Assembly: GCA_016219345.1 (NCBI GenBank)
Contig: JACRNE010000001.1
Location: 461 to 64,460 of the forward strand
Source: Candidatus Saccharimonadota bacterium
GTDB lineage: Bacteria > Patescibacteriota > Saccharimonadia > Saccharimonadales > 2-12-FULL-41-12
DNA length: 64,000 bases
Reading direction: 5' to 3'
Shown in pieces: positions 36,181 to 45,595 of the stretch (position 1 is the stretch's first letter; the number at the start of each line of letters is the position of its first letter). Under the pieces are notes generated by a model that made no database searches, was not told the origin of the DNA, and was given only the letters and a program-made list of their open reading frames with translations. A program made the position numbers and the translations under genes.

Positions 36181-36950
36181 TTAAATTAGTTCGGGTTCTT
36201 GCTGGAGGGTGACTCCGAATCTTTCTTCTACACGCTTGATTATCGCATCGCGAAAAGCTAATAGGGACGCTGTGTTTGGGGCTTTCTCGTTTACTAGCAC
36301 CAAAGGTTGATTGTCCCAGATGGCCATACCGGTGTTTGGCTCATGGTAGCCTTTAAGCCCTAGGTTTTCTAGCATCCAGGCAGCGGAGAGTTTGTAGTGT
36401 TCGCTATCGACTTGCCAGCGCGGAATACCGGGATATTTAGCCACAACCGAATCAAGCTGAAAACTATCTATGATTGGGTTTGCAAAAAACGATCCACAGT
36501 TCGCCACCTTTTTAGGATCTGGTAGTTTGCTGTTTCGGATCGCTATAACTGCGTCACGAATTACCTTTGGGGTATATTTGGTAATTTTATTTTCGTTTAA
36601 ATAAGCCTCCAACGATGCATAAAACGGGGGCATAGGTGGATCATGCGAAAGGGCGATGGTAATGGACGTTATAAAAAATCTGCCCTTATCAGTTGTGTTG
36701 AAACGACTTTTCCGATAAGAAAATCCACACTCAGCTTTTGGTATAACTACCATTTGCTTGGTTTCTTTGTCATATGCTTGCACGCATACAATTACATTCG
36801 ACAACTCCTGCCCATAAGCGCCAACATTTTGCACGGGGGTTGCACCTGTAGTACCAGGGATTAAAGAAAGATGTTCCACGCCTGAAAAGGACCACCAAGG
36901 CGCATGGTCGAATATTTACCGAGAGCAACATCCTTTTTAGGAGTTTTCAT
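36181..36950 (-). pseudogene. murB: murB (UDP-N-acetylenolpyruvoylglucosamine reductase) with internal deletion and frameshift
   Basis: A 29-aa ORF (36861..36950) encodes MKTPKKDVALGKYSTMRLGGP... A shifted ORF (36181..36879, GTG start) resumes at (G)VEHLSLIPGTTGATPVQNVGAYGQE. About 90 aa of the FAD-binding domain are absent. Confidence 0.7.
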
Positions 36951-37023
36951 ATAGACCTTAGTATACTCTAATGCTTAAAAATATGGGCTTGCATATAAAA
37001 AATCCTGGAGTTACCATGAGTAC

Positions 37024-37575
37024 ATGACACAGGGAGATAGTCAGCCATATAAGGCTCTCGGCGCAAAGATCAAACACTTAAGGCAGCAATGGCAGCAATC
37101 AATTGACGAAGTTTCTACAACCCTTGAGATTGACAGGAAAACACTACGCGAGATTGAGTCTGGTAAAGTTGTACCCACAGATAATCTTTTGGACATGTTA
37201 ATCAGCCACTTTTTGCTAACGGAAGAGCAGGCGGAAGATCTGCGCTCTTTGGCATTGCTTCCATCTGAGCAGGTTGGCGAAGCAATGCTAGGCGGGCTTG
37301 AGGACATGCTAATGAAGCAGATTGTTATGTACATGCCTGTAGATAATAGGATTGTTTACACAGATAGCATGAATGCGACTGTTAATAAGCACGGTGTCGT
37401 ACTGCAGTTTATGCAGTCTACGGGCAAAGATAGCAAATCCATCCCGGTTAGCCAGGTTGGAATGAGCCGCGAACATGCAGAACGAATGATTGAAGTGATT
37501 AAATCTACTCTAGATCATCATGATAAATCCGGTGATAAGAAGCTGCTTTCACCACCAAAATCCAAAGATCAATAG
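37024..37575 (+). CDS. HTH (XRE-like) domain protein
   Basis: LGAKIKHLRQQWQQSIDEVSTTLEIDRKTLREIESGK at the N-terminus. The C-terminal half is unassigned. Confidence 0.55.
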   Translation: MTQGDSQPYKALGAKIKHLRQQWQQSIDEVSTTLEIDRKTLREIESGKVVPTDNLLDMLISHFLLTEEQAEDLRSLALLPSEQVGEAMLGGLEDMLMKQIVMYMPVDNRIVYTDSMNATVNKHGVVLQFMQSTGKDSKSIPVSQVGMSREHAERMIEVIKSTLDHHDKSGDKKLLSPPKSKDQ

Positions 37576-37631
37576 TATAAGCAATTTGAAAATACTGATT
37601 TAACAGATAAGATATAATAGTCTTTCAATTT

Positions 37632-37708
37632 GCCCGAGTAGCTCAGTGGATTAGAGCATCTGTCTTCGGAACAGAGGGTCGGGGGTTCGAATCCCTCCTC
37701 GGGTACCA
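37632..37708 (+). tRNA. tRNA-Arg(TCG), CCA encoded
   Basis: GCCCGAGTAGCTCAGTGGATTAGAGCATCTGTCTTCGGAACAGA..GGTTCGAATCCCTCCTCGGGTACCA. Confidence 0.95.
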
Positions 37709-37725
37709 AGCTAGGTTTTATTGAG

Positions 37726-38982
37726 TTGAGTAAAATTATAAAGTCATTCCAAGATTTACATAATCAAATAGATAATATTGTTGTACCTGCAGATATTCAC
37801 AAAAGCTATGATCTTACCCGAATAAAAAAAGCTTTAGATAAACTTGGCAATCCGCAAGATAATTATCAGGTTGTTCATGTGGCTGGCACGTCTGGGAAAA
37901 CATCAACTTCTTATTATGTATCAGAAATTCTGAGGCGCGGTGGCTATAAGGTTGGTCTTAGCGTTTCGCCGCATATTGAGGAAGTTAATGAAAGAGTGCA
38001 AATAAACCTAGAGCCTTTAGGCGAAGGAGAGTTTGTCAATAATTTATCAGAATATCTAGAGATTTTAGACAAGAATAAAATCAAACTTACGTATTTTGAA
38101 TTATTTGTAAGCTTCGGCTTTTGGTACTTTGCCAAGGCGAAAGTGGATGTAGCAGTCTTCGAGGTAGGGTTAGGTGGTTTGCTTGACGGAACGAATGTTG
38201 TTAATAGGCCAGACAAAGTGTGCGTAATTACAGATATAGACTTAGACCACACCTCAATTCTAGGCAAAACAATAGAAGAAATCACAGCTCAAAAGGCTGG
38301 AATTATTAAAGACGGTAATAACGTCTTTTGTATAAACCAATCAGAAAAAGTTATAAAGATAATAAAGCGAACTTGCCAGGACAAAAAAGCTAAGCTGAAA
38401 ATTGTTTCTCCATCCGAAACTTTAGGGAATCTTCCATATCTCCAGCAAAGGAACTGGCAGTTAGCTAGAACTGTTTGTGAGCATATATTTACTCAAGATG
38501 CTAGGGATTTTATCAGCGAACATGAGCTAGATAAGTCTACTAAAATATCGATCCCAGGTAGGATTGAGAAGCTTGAGCTAGGGGATAAAACTATAATCCT
38601 AGACGGTGCGCATAACGCCCAGAAAATGAAAGGTTTAGTAAAGAGCCTTGAGCCAGAATTAGGCGGGGGAAAAGTAACAATTGTTTTGTCTGTCGGGAAA
38701 AACAAGTCGGATCAATTGCTTGAAATGGCTCAAGCGCTTGAGCACATTGCAGGCAAGATTATTATTACTTCGTTTGATGAAAAACAAGATTTTGATAGAA
38801 AATCTTTGGACCCAGAGTATCTAGCAGAGTATTTTCCAGATCACGATGTGGAGAAGGAAGATAATTTATACCTAGCAATTCAAGATGCTCTAGGCTACAA
38901 AAACAAACTAATACTGATAACTGGGTCGCTGTATTTAGTTGGTAGGGCAAAAAAGATGTTGCCTGATTTTATCGATCAATAA
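37726..38982 (+). CDS. folC: folylpolyglutamate synthase/dihydrofolate synthase (Mur ligase family)
   Basis: VHVAGTSGKTSTSYYV P-loop, SPHIEEVNERVQIN, LDGAHN. TTG start 18 nt after the tRNA. Confidence 0.85.
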   Translation: MSKIIKSFQDLHNQIDNIVVPADIHKSYDLTRIKKALDKLGNPQDNYQVVHVAGTSGKTSTSYYVSEILRRGGYKVGLSVSPHIEEVNERVQINLEPLGEGEFVNNLSEYLEILDKNKIKLTYFELFVSFGFWYFAKAKVDVAVFEVGLGGLLDGTNVVNRPDKVCVITDIDLDHTSILGKTIEEITAQKAGIIKDGNNVFCINQSEKVIKIIKRTCQDKKAKLKIVSPSETLGNLPYLQQRNWQLARTVCEHIFTQDARDFISEHELDKSTKISIPGRIEKLELGDKTIILDGAHNAQKMKGLVKSLEPELGGGKVTIVLSVGKNKSDQLLEMAQALEHIAGKIIITSFDEKQDFDRKSLDPEYLAEYFPDHDVEKEDNLYLAIQDALGYKNKLILITGSLYLVGRAKKMLPDFIDQ

Positions 38983-39469
38983 TTTCTTTTTCAGTAATAA
39001 TTTTATCTAGTTTTTGATCATGAGTTTCAGCTGGTAATTTATCGACTTCACAAAAACTATAAGACAGTCCAATTACTTGCTTGCATTTGTTTTGGCCAAG
39101 TAATCTATCATAGTAGCCGCCGCCATAGCCAAGTCTATTACCCGAACGGTCAAAACCCAATACAGGCACTATTACCAAGTCATAGTTTTCGTCTTTAGGC
39201 AGATAAAAAGGTTTTTTAGAGGGTGCGAAAATTATTTCAATTTCAGGATGATTTGCGTGAATCCAATCTATTAAACTAGAAGTATCAACCTCCTTTTTTG
39301 AGATGATAGGCTTATAAATATGCAAAATATTTATTTCCTCCCATTCGACAAGCCCTAAAACCCTTTCAATTATTTGACGACTATTTAAATCTACCTCCTT
39401 GCTACCAAGAGCCTGCCTATTTTTTAGAAGCTTTTTTCGCAAAATTATTTTTTTGTCACTGATGACCAT
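38969..39469 (-). CDS. 5-formyltetrahydrofolate cyclo-ligase
   Basis: 166 aa with LRKKLLKNRQAL start and VPVLGFDRSGNRLGYGGGYYDR motif. Confidence 0.8.
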   Translation of the reverse strand: MVISDKKIILRKKLLKNRQALGSKEVDLNSRQIIERVLGLVEWEEINILHIYKPIISKKEVDTSSLIDWIHANHPEIEIIFAPSKKPFYLPKDENYDLVIVPVLGFDRSGNRLGYGGGYYDRLLGQNKCKQVIGLSYSFCEVDKLPAETHDQKLDKIITEKEIIDR

Positions 39470-39537
39470 GTAAGAAAGATAACATAGACGAGAATATATT
39501 GATTTATTATCTATGTTATGTTTTAATAAAAATAATT

Positions 39538-40371
39538 ATGAGCGCTAACTATAGTCGTGAAGAATTATTTGAATTGAACTTACCAGGATTTGAGAGAGAT
39601 GCTACGTTTATGGATGTGGTTGATCCTACTACAGACTGGCAGCCAGCTTTATCTCTTTCTATATACGGGGTTAACCCTGATTCTGGCCAATTAGACATTT
39701 TGACGGCTATTCGAACTGAAGGCACTGAAACTCATCCGATGGTTATTAGCACTCCGACAGGAAGGTTTCCTAAGCAATTCGAAGGAGCTCTGATTGCCGA
39801 TAAGAAAGATCTTGTAACTGAAGCGCCCGAATTTAGAATTGATGAGATAGACCCGACGCAAAATCTAACAATTGCAACATTCGATGCTAAGTCTGAGCCT
39901 ATACCGGATAGAAATAGAATTCTGCCATATTTAACTCACGAAGTTCTGGCAAGAAAATTAGGGCTTGGCCAACATCTTCAAAAGACAAACGATTCTGAGC
40001 CGATTGCCACGGTATCGCTCAGTGAGATGATAGCCGGATTCAGTTATTGTAGGGACGATAAAGAAACAGGTGAGCCCCGCTGGGAGCCTTTGGTCATGTA
40101 TGCCGCCGCCATACTTGTTAAGAACAGGGCGATTATTCCCAGAGAAACCAAAGCCTATAGGGAAATTGGTTGGACTAAGATCGATGATTTTCTCGTTGGC
40201 CATGCACAGAGAAAGGCAAAGGAACTGGTGCCAACCATAGATCCTCAAGACGAAGTGGGTGTATGTGTGCGTGGTTTGTGCCTTGCGTCATCTGGGTCGA
40301 TAACAAGGAAGCCAAGTATATTTACTCACCTGGGAATTCAGGAAGGTCCCCTAGTACTGGCTAGATCCTAG
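39538..40371 (+). CDS. hypothetical protein
   Basis: 277 aa from the ATG at 39538 (the track starts at 39499). No motif recognised. Confidence 0.45.
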   Translation: MSANYSREELFELNLPGFERDATFMDVVDPTTDWQPALSLSIYGVNPDSGQLDILTAIRTEGTETHPMVISTPTGRFPKQFEGALIADKKDLVTEAPEFRIDEIDPTQNLTIATFDAKSEPIPDRNRILPYLTHEVLARKLGLGQHLQKTNDSEPIATVSLSEMIAGFSYCRDDKETGEPRWEPLVMYAAAILVKNRAIIPRETKAYREIGWTKIDDFLVGHAQRKAKELVPTIDPQDEVGVCVRGLCLASSGSITRKPSIFTHLGIQEGPLVLARS

Positions 40372-40835
40372 CCGTTGATCTCAGTAAGCAAATCATCTTT
40401 TTCCAGCAGGCCCTTATCGAATAGAAATATACTTGAACAGCAAGAACCTTTTTTAGCTGATTCCAAAAGATCTGAAGGTTTGTCGGACCATCTTTGTTCG
40501 ATGTAGGTGGTATTTTCCGTTTTTGCTTTTTTTACATCAGGTTTGGTTTTTTGGTCTAATATCATTTCAATATCCATCATGACGATATCGTAGTTTGCTC
40601 TTTTCTGAAACATAGCTCCAATGAATCGAATTGGTATAGCAGAGCAGCTTAATTTCTCCTGGCAGACGCGCAATGCCGCCTGTTCTGGTAGCTCGCCAGG
40701 TTTAGTGCTTACTGCAGGCAATCCCCAGCTTCCAGGAAACTCAGAATCGTTTTGAGGCCTTTTTACAATAAGAAACTTATCTTGTGCATCTTTCAAAACT
40801 ACGGACACAACATATTTGGTCGGTTTGTTAGGCAT
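40368..40835 (-). CDS. NUDIX-fold protein with degenerate Nudix box
   Basis: FPGSWGLPAVSTKPGELPEQAALRVCQEKL. The REx2EE glutamates are partly replaced. Confidence 0.6.
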   Translation of the reverse strand: MPNKPTKYVVSVVLKDAQDKFLIVKRPQNDSEFPGSWGLPAVSTKPGELPEQAALRVCQEKLSCSAIPIRFIGAMFQKRANYDIVMMDIEMILDQKTKPDVKKAKTENTTYIEQRWSDKPSDLLESAKKGSCCSSIFLFDKGLLEKDDLLTEING

Positions 40836-40907
40836 ATAGCTTAGCCTTAATATTTTTCTTCGAGTTTTTCATTGTCTATTCATGATACTAAAGTTTTTAG
40901 CAGCAGA

Positions 40908-40936
40908 TTGCAATAACAGAGGTAATCTGCTAATAT
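40908..40936 (+). promoter_or_regulatory. promoter of tRNA-Lys(CTT)
   Basis: TTGCAA, 17-nt spacer, TAATAT. The first 22 nt are identical to the block at 6928-6949 on the minus strand. Confidence 0.55.
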
Positions 40937-40947
40937 AACCTAGTTTC

Positions 40948-41024
40948 GGGCCAGTAGCTCAGCTGGTTAGAGCACCTGCCTCTTAAGCAGGGTGTCGAGG
41001 GTTCGAGTCCCTCCTGGCCCTCCA
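40948..41024 (+). tRNA. tRNA-Lys(CTT), CCA encoded
   Basis: GGGCCAGTAGCTCAGCTGGTTAGAGCACCTGCCTCTTAAGCAGG..GGTTCGAGTCCCTCCTGGCCCTCCA. Confidence 0.95.
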
Positions 41025-41069
41025 AAAATAGAACCGTCCTTTGCGGCGGTCTTGTTTTTCGACTCACCT

Positions 41070-42311
41070 TTACAGGCTAAATCTTTCGGTGTGAATTTGT
41101 TTCTTTGGTACTTTTCTGGCTATTAATTCTTCGCATATTTTATTCATCATTACTGGCGGACCGCAGACATAGAAGTCATAATCAACTAGATTATCTATTT
41201 GTTTTTCAATGAAACGGGCTGTTATAAAGGCGGGTTTTTCGTTTGAGCTGGGCTCGCTAAGAGCTTTATAAAATTTCGCTTTACTTGAGCTGATAACCTT
41301 AGAATAGGCTATATCTTCATTGGTCCTCGCTCCGTAAAAAAGATAATCAATTTTTTTAGCTTGCAACCAGCGGATAAAAGGAGTTATACCAATCCCGCCG
41401 GCAATTATTACGCTAGGCTTATGTTTTTTCTCCAACTCTCTTGTGTATATGCCGAATGGACCGTCTATGAATACGACTTCTCCAACCTTTAAATTAGCTA
41501 GCGAAGACGAATACGGACCCACTGCTTTTATGGAGAAACTGAGTTCGCCAGATTTTTTATCAAAATGAGAGATTGTGAAAGGATGCGCTTGACCGAAGCG
41601 TTTTGCTTGAAAGTAAGCGAACTGTCCTCGTCTTGGTACAATTTTCTCACCAATCGGGATTAGCTGAAAACGTGTCACATTTTTTGCCGGCAGTGAAGTT
41701 TTCACAATTTTGTATTTTGATTTTGTAAATCCAGACCAATCAAGCAGCCTTAGTGTCAGTGCTATCCCGTAAGTTATGGCTAAAAAAGATACCCAAAGTC
41801 TAATCAGCCCAGGGTCCTTAAGGTCACTCCCAACCTTAAAAGCGTGTAGTAATAGCAGCGGCAAAATGACATAACCAAAAAGATGGAGTCTTTTCCACCA
41901 TCTCCAAACTAAACGATCACGCAAAATAGCGCTGGCAAACCATATTATGGCGAGCAAGCTAAAGGCAACTTTACCTATCAAAATGCCCTTATCAAGCGTT
42001 GTCGACGTACTAAATGAAAGAGGATTTAGCTCATATGATAGAACCATCAAAATGGGATGAAAAAATATGATCAAAAATCCGTATTTACCAACGAATTTAT
42101 GAATTTTATTAATCCAAAACAAATCATCGGTAAAAAGACGATTTATTTGCCTATCGCCTAAAATAATTTGCCACCAAATAAGCTGTAAACCAACTAAGCC
42201 TATAAACTGACCAATATTAAGTCTCGAGGGTTCTGATAATAATGGCAAATAAGCAACCAGGCTTGAAATAATCAAAACGATTAGTAGGATTTTTCTGTAG
42301 CCCCAAGACAT
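41070..42311 (-). CDS. ferric-reductase-type transmembrane domain fused to FAD/NAD(P)-binding module (NOX/FRE-like)
   Basis: Six TM helices carrying His residues, then HPFTISH (FAD), GGIGITPF (NAD) and C-terminal YVCGPP. Confidence 0.75.
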   Translation of the reverse strand: MSWGYRKILLIVLIISSLVAYLPLLSEPSRLNIGQFIGLVGLQLIWWQIILGDRQINRLFTDDLFWINKIHKFVGKYGFLIIFFHPILMVLSYELNPLSFSTSTTLDKGILIGKVAFSLLAIIWFASAILRDRLVWRWWKRLHLFGYVILPLLLLHAFKVGSDLKDPGLIRLWVSFLAITYGIALTLRLLDWSGFTKSKYKIVKTSLPAKNVTRFQLIPIGEKIVPRRGQFAYFQAKRFGQAHPFTISHFDKKSGELSFSIKAVGPYSSSLANLKVGEVVFIDGPFGIYTRELEKKHKPSVIIAGGIGITPFIRWLQAKKIDYLFYGARTNEDIAYSKVISSSKAKFYKALSEPSSNEKPAFITARFIEKQIDNLVDYDFYVCGPPVMMNKICEELIARKVPKKQIHTERFSL

Positions 42312-42326
42312 TAATCTAATTGTAGT

Positions 42327-43004
42327 TTAGATGCTTGCTTGAACCAAGATGGGCGCATGGTCTGAGATGCCACGCGGAAGAGTCTTTACCTGGTTTACAG
42401 TTGCATTTATGGAAGTTGCTAAATCAAAATGACCTCTCAGCAAACGGCTCAGGTAATAAGTTGGCTTATCGCTATGAGACAGTTTATAGCCAGTTTTTTC
42501 TATACATACCCGCAACCCTCGCTTAAAGACTGGGTAGTTATAATCACCAACCATAATGACTGGAGAATTATTGTCGCTCAGTGATAAAAGTTTTTCATGA
42601 GCAGTTCTGATTTGCTTACGACGAATGTGATTAAGGGCAGTGAGTGGGGTGGCGTGGAAAGAGCCGATTAGGACATCTTGACCAGTTAATTTGTCATAAA
42701 GCTTAGTTACCAATAGTCGCTCCTCGGCTGGAGAAAGCAAGCGATCATGGAAAGCTTCTTTTAGCGCGAAGCTTTCGTTTTGAACTACTGAAAAACGCTT
42801 GGGACTAAAGTATATCGCTAGACCCAAACGGTTGAATCTAGTCTTATCAGCAAGCATCAGATGTTTGACTGAGTCTGGCATTTTCTCACTGTCGCACTCC
42901 TGAACACACAGAACATCTGCTTTATATTCTTCGGCTAACCCGGCAAGCTCGGAGTGGGCTCTGTGATACTTAAGGTTGTAGCTGATTATATTGAGGCTTC
43001 GCAT
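42327..43004 (-). CDS. endonuclease/exonuclease/phosphatase (EEP) family protein
   Basis: ISYNLKY, VLCVQE, VMVGDYN, SDHAPI motifs. Confidence 0.7.
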   Translation of the reverse strand: MRSLNIISYNLKYHRAHSELAGLAEEYKADVLCVQECDSEKMPDSVKHLMLADKTRFNRLGLAIYFSPKRFSVVQNESFALKEAFHDRLLSPAEERLLVTKLYDKLTGQDVLIGSFHATPLTALNHIRRKQIRTAHEKLLSLSDNNSPVIMVGDYNYPVFKRGLRVCIEKTGYKLSHSDKPTYYLSRLLRGHFDLATSINATVNQVKTLPRGISDHAPILVQASI

Positions 43005-43090
43005 GTTTGTTTTAGCAGATTTTGCTAAAGCTAAGTTTACTAAAATAATAGGATTTTTACCAGCCAGCCTTTAGAGGTATTATTATCTAG

Positions 43091-43741
43091 ATGCATAAAA
43101 TTGGTGTTTTTGATTCTGGAGTAGGGGGCAAATCCGTTGTTGCTGCGATTAAACAGGCTGTTCCAGATCTTGAAATAGTCTATGCAGAAGATCCAGACAA
43201 TGTACCCTACGGCGACAAAACACCTGAGCGTTTAATTGAGCTAGTAATTCCAAAGCTAAAAGAACTTGAAAGCCAAGGCTGCGAGGTGATTGTGGTGGCA
43301 TGTAACACTGTTACGACAACTATTATCAAGGAGGTTAGGCGGCAGATTAAAGTGCCAATTGTGGCCATAGAACCTATGGTCAAGCCGGCTTGTGAGTTAA
43401 CAAAATCAAACATAGTAGCTATGTGCGCTACCCCAGTGACTTTAAAAAGTCCAAGATATAAAGAACTTTTAAAAACAAATGCTAAAAACGTGAAGGTTAT
43501 TGAGCCAGACTGTAGTGATTGGTCCTGCATGATCGAAAACAATGAACACAACAGCGACATAATTGAAGACAGAATCGTCGAGGCCTGTGAAAAAGGTGCA
43601 GATGTGATAGTGCTAGGATGTACGCATTATCATTGGATTGAAGAAGAAATTAAACAGATAGCTAATAGATATAACGCTATGGTGATTCAGCCTGAACAGG
43701 CGATTATAAATCAGCTTAAGCGAGTGCTTGAACAGCTTTAA
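43091..43741 (+). CDS. murI: glutamate racemase
   Basis: IGVFDSGVGG, VVACNTV, VLGCTHY. Confidence 0.85.
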   Translation: MHKIGVFDSGVGGKSVVAAIKQAVPDLEIVYAEDPDNVPYGDKTPERLIELVIPKLKELESQGCEVIVVACNTVTTTIIKEVRRQIKVPIVAIEPMVKPACELTKSNIVAMCATPVTLKSPRYKELLKTNAKNVKVIEPDCSDWSCMIENNEHNSDIIEDRIVEACEKGADVIVLGCTHYHWIEEEIKQIANRYNAMVIQPEQAIINQLKRVLEQL

Positions 43742-45017
43742 TGAACTGTTCGGCTCGGTCTTTATAGTTTTTAAATAGACCAAAACTAGCACAGCCTGTT
43801 GAAAGTAACACAATGTCTCCGGGTTTAGCGTTTTTGTTAGCCTCATCTACGATTTCCGGCATATTATCGTCACCTAAAACGTAATTTGAAAACCCAATGG
43901 CATCTAACTCTGCCTGGATCTTCGGTGCAGTTACACCGATCAAGATAGCTTTTCTAACATTTGATTTCTTAACGGTCAGAGCTAACTCCTTAAAAGAGGC
44001 GCCTTTTTCTGATCCGCCAAGTATGACGACCTTTGGCCGGGCGAACGCCTCCATAGCCACTATTGCAGTTTCAGGTGTTGTTCCAAATGAATCGTCGTAA
44101 TATTTCACGCCATTAAGTTCACGCACCAGCTCTAGACGATGCTCCATGCCAGAAAACGTTGTCAGAACGGATCTGATGGCTTTGACGTCTTGATCAATTT
44201 GCCAGAATGCCGTAGTAGCCGCACAGACGTTCTGCCAGTTGTGCTTACCGAGTAGCTTGATCTCATCCACAGAGCAGATGCTCTGACCATCGATGACCAC
44301 ATCGTCATTTTCGATTATTGCACCTGGTGGATGGTAATAAGGTATTTTATGACCTGGGCTAGCAGATGCTATGTCTCTGGAAAATTCATTTTTGGCGTAG
44401 TAAATTGCAATATTATCAGGATCTTGGTTTTTAAACAGGGGTTTCTTTGCAGCAAAATACTCTCCTACATCTGTGTGCCAGTCTAGGTGCTCTGGAGCTA
44501 TCATGACGCAGACTGCTATTTTTGGTGAATACCTTAGATCGATTAATTGGAAGTTAGCTAGTTCTAATACCACCCAGTCAGCGGGTTGGATATCACCTTT
44601 TATTAGTTCGAGAGGCGGAGTACCAATGTTGCCACCCAGGTGGACTTTCTTGCCGCTAGCTTCAAGCATTTTTGCGATTAAAGTACTAGTCGTGCCTTTG
44701 CCTTTTGTGCCAGTAACGCCAACGATATTTTTGCTAGGACAAATTCTAAAAAATTCGTTAGTTACAGATGTAACTTTGTTTAAAATCCCCTCACCGTTAG
44801 CCTTGATTATCGAATTTGGATGGACACTTGGGGAGCGAACTATTAGGTCAAATTCATTTAAATCTTCTAGATAATTATCGCCAAGCTTTTTGCCGACATC
44901 ATTTGGGAGGTCTAGCGATTCATCGTTGTCGCAAACCGTAATATCATAATCAAGCTTTTTCCAATATTCATATGCAGATTTACCCTGACTACCATAACCT
45001 AAAATAGCTAATTTCAT
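43716..45017 (-). CDS. murD: UDP-N-acetylmuramoylalanine--D-glutamate ligase
   Basis: MKLAILGYGSQGKS, VGVTGTKGKGTTS, DDSFGTTPE. The track ORF extension to 45146 is non-protein-like. Confidence 0.9.
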   Translation of the reverse strand: MKLAILGYGSQGKSAYEYWKKLDYDITVCDNDESLDLPNDVGKKLGDNYLEDLNEFDLIVRSPSVHPNSIIKANGEGILNKVTSVTNEFFRICPSKNIVGVTGTKGKGTTSTLIAKMLEASGKKVHLGGNIGTPPLELIKGDIQPADWVVLELANFQLIDLRYSPKIAVCVMIAPEHLDWHTDVGEYFAAKKPLFKNQDPDNIAIYYAKNEFSRDIASASPGHKIPYYHPPGAIIENDDVVIDGQSICSVDEIKLLGKHNWQNVCAATTAFWQIDQDVKAIRSVLTTFSGMEHRLELVRELNGVKYYDDSFGTTPETAIVAMEAFARPKVVILGGSEKGASFKELALTVKKSNVRKAILIGVTAPKIQAELDAIGFSNYVLGDDNMPEIVDEANKNAKPGDIVLLSTGCASFGLFKNYKDRAEQFIKAVQALA

Positions 45018-45045
45018 AGAGTCATTGTAGCATCCGCTAATTCGC

Positions 45046-45115
45046 TTAAGTGCTCCGCTAGGCATAGGCGCAGCGCGGACTGAGCCGTATTTAAATACGG
45101 TGATGGAGCACTTAA
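45046..45115. other. 11-bp inverted repeat enclosing a 16-nt palindrome
   Basis: ttaagtgctcc (45046-45056) pairs with ggagcacttaa (45105-45115). They flank ccgtatttaaatacgg (45085-45100). Confidence 0.4.
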
Positions 45116-45191
45116 AGCCTATAACAACGCGGAGTGCTAAGAACATATGCAGAGTTGCTTGCTCAGCAAGAAAGCAGGCAGATGTGGCGAA

Positions 45192-45566
45192 TTATGCGGA
45201 TAGGTGTTTTTTAACTAGATCCACAACTTGACTAGGGGTCATATCAGCCTTCAAAATAACTGCGCTGACCCCCAGCTTCCTGACATCCTCAGGAATTTCT
45301 TGTTCACCGACGTTTGTTAAAACTATAACTTTTACGTCTTTGCCCCAGGTAGTCTCGCGCATTTTGGCCAACATAACATCACCCGTCATCTCTGGCATCA
45401 TAAGATCTAGGAGTACTATGTCGGGGCCCATTTCTTCTATCAGAGAAAGGCCTAACTTGCCGTTCTCAGCAGTTTCAACGTCGTATCCCTCGGATTCAAA
45501 TTTAATCCGATACATCTGACTGATAACTCTGTCATCTTCAACAATTGCAATCTTAGTCATAACCAC
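45192..45566 (-). CDS. receiver-only response regulator (CheY-like)
   Basis: KIAIVEDD, VLLDLMMPEMTG (phospho-Asp), VIVLTN, K at LKADMTP. No output domain. Confidence 0.9.
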   Translation of the reverse strand: MVMTKIAIVEDDRVISQMYRIKFESEGYDVETAENGKLGLSLIEEMGPDIVLLDLMMPEMTGDVMLAKMRETTWGKDVKVIVLTNVGEQEIPEDVRKLGVSAVILKADMTPSQVVDLVKKHLSA

Positions 45567-45595
45567 TTAATTATAAACCAAAAGCTTTATTTATA

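Noticed and set aside
43716-45146. N-terminal 43-aa extension of murD in the track ORF
   Set aside because: MurD homology begins at MKLAILGYGSQGKS (ATG 45017), preceded by a TGcTACAAT -10. The extension crosses palindromic non-coding sequence.
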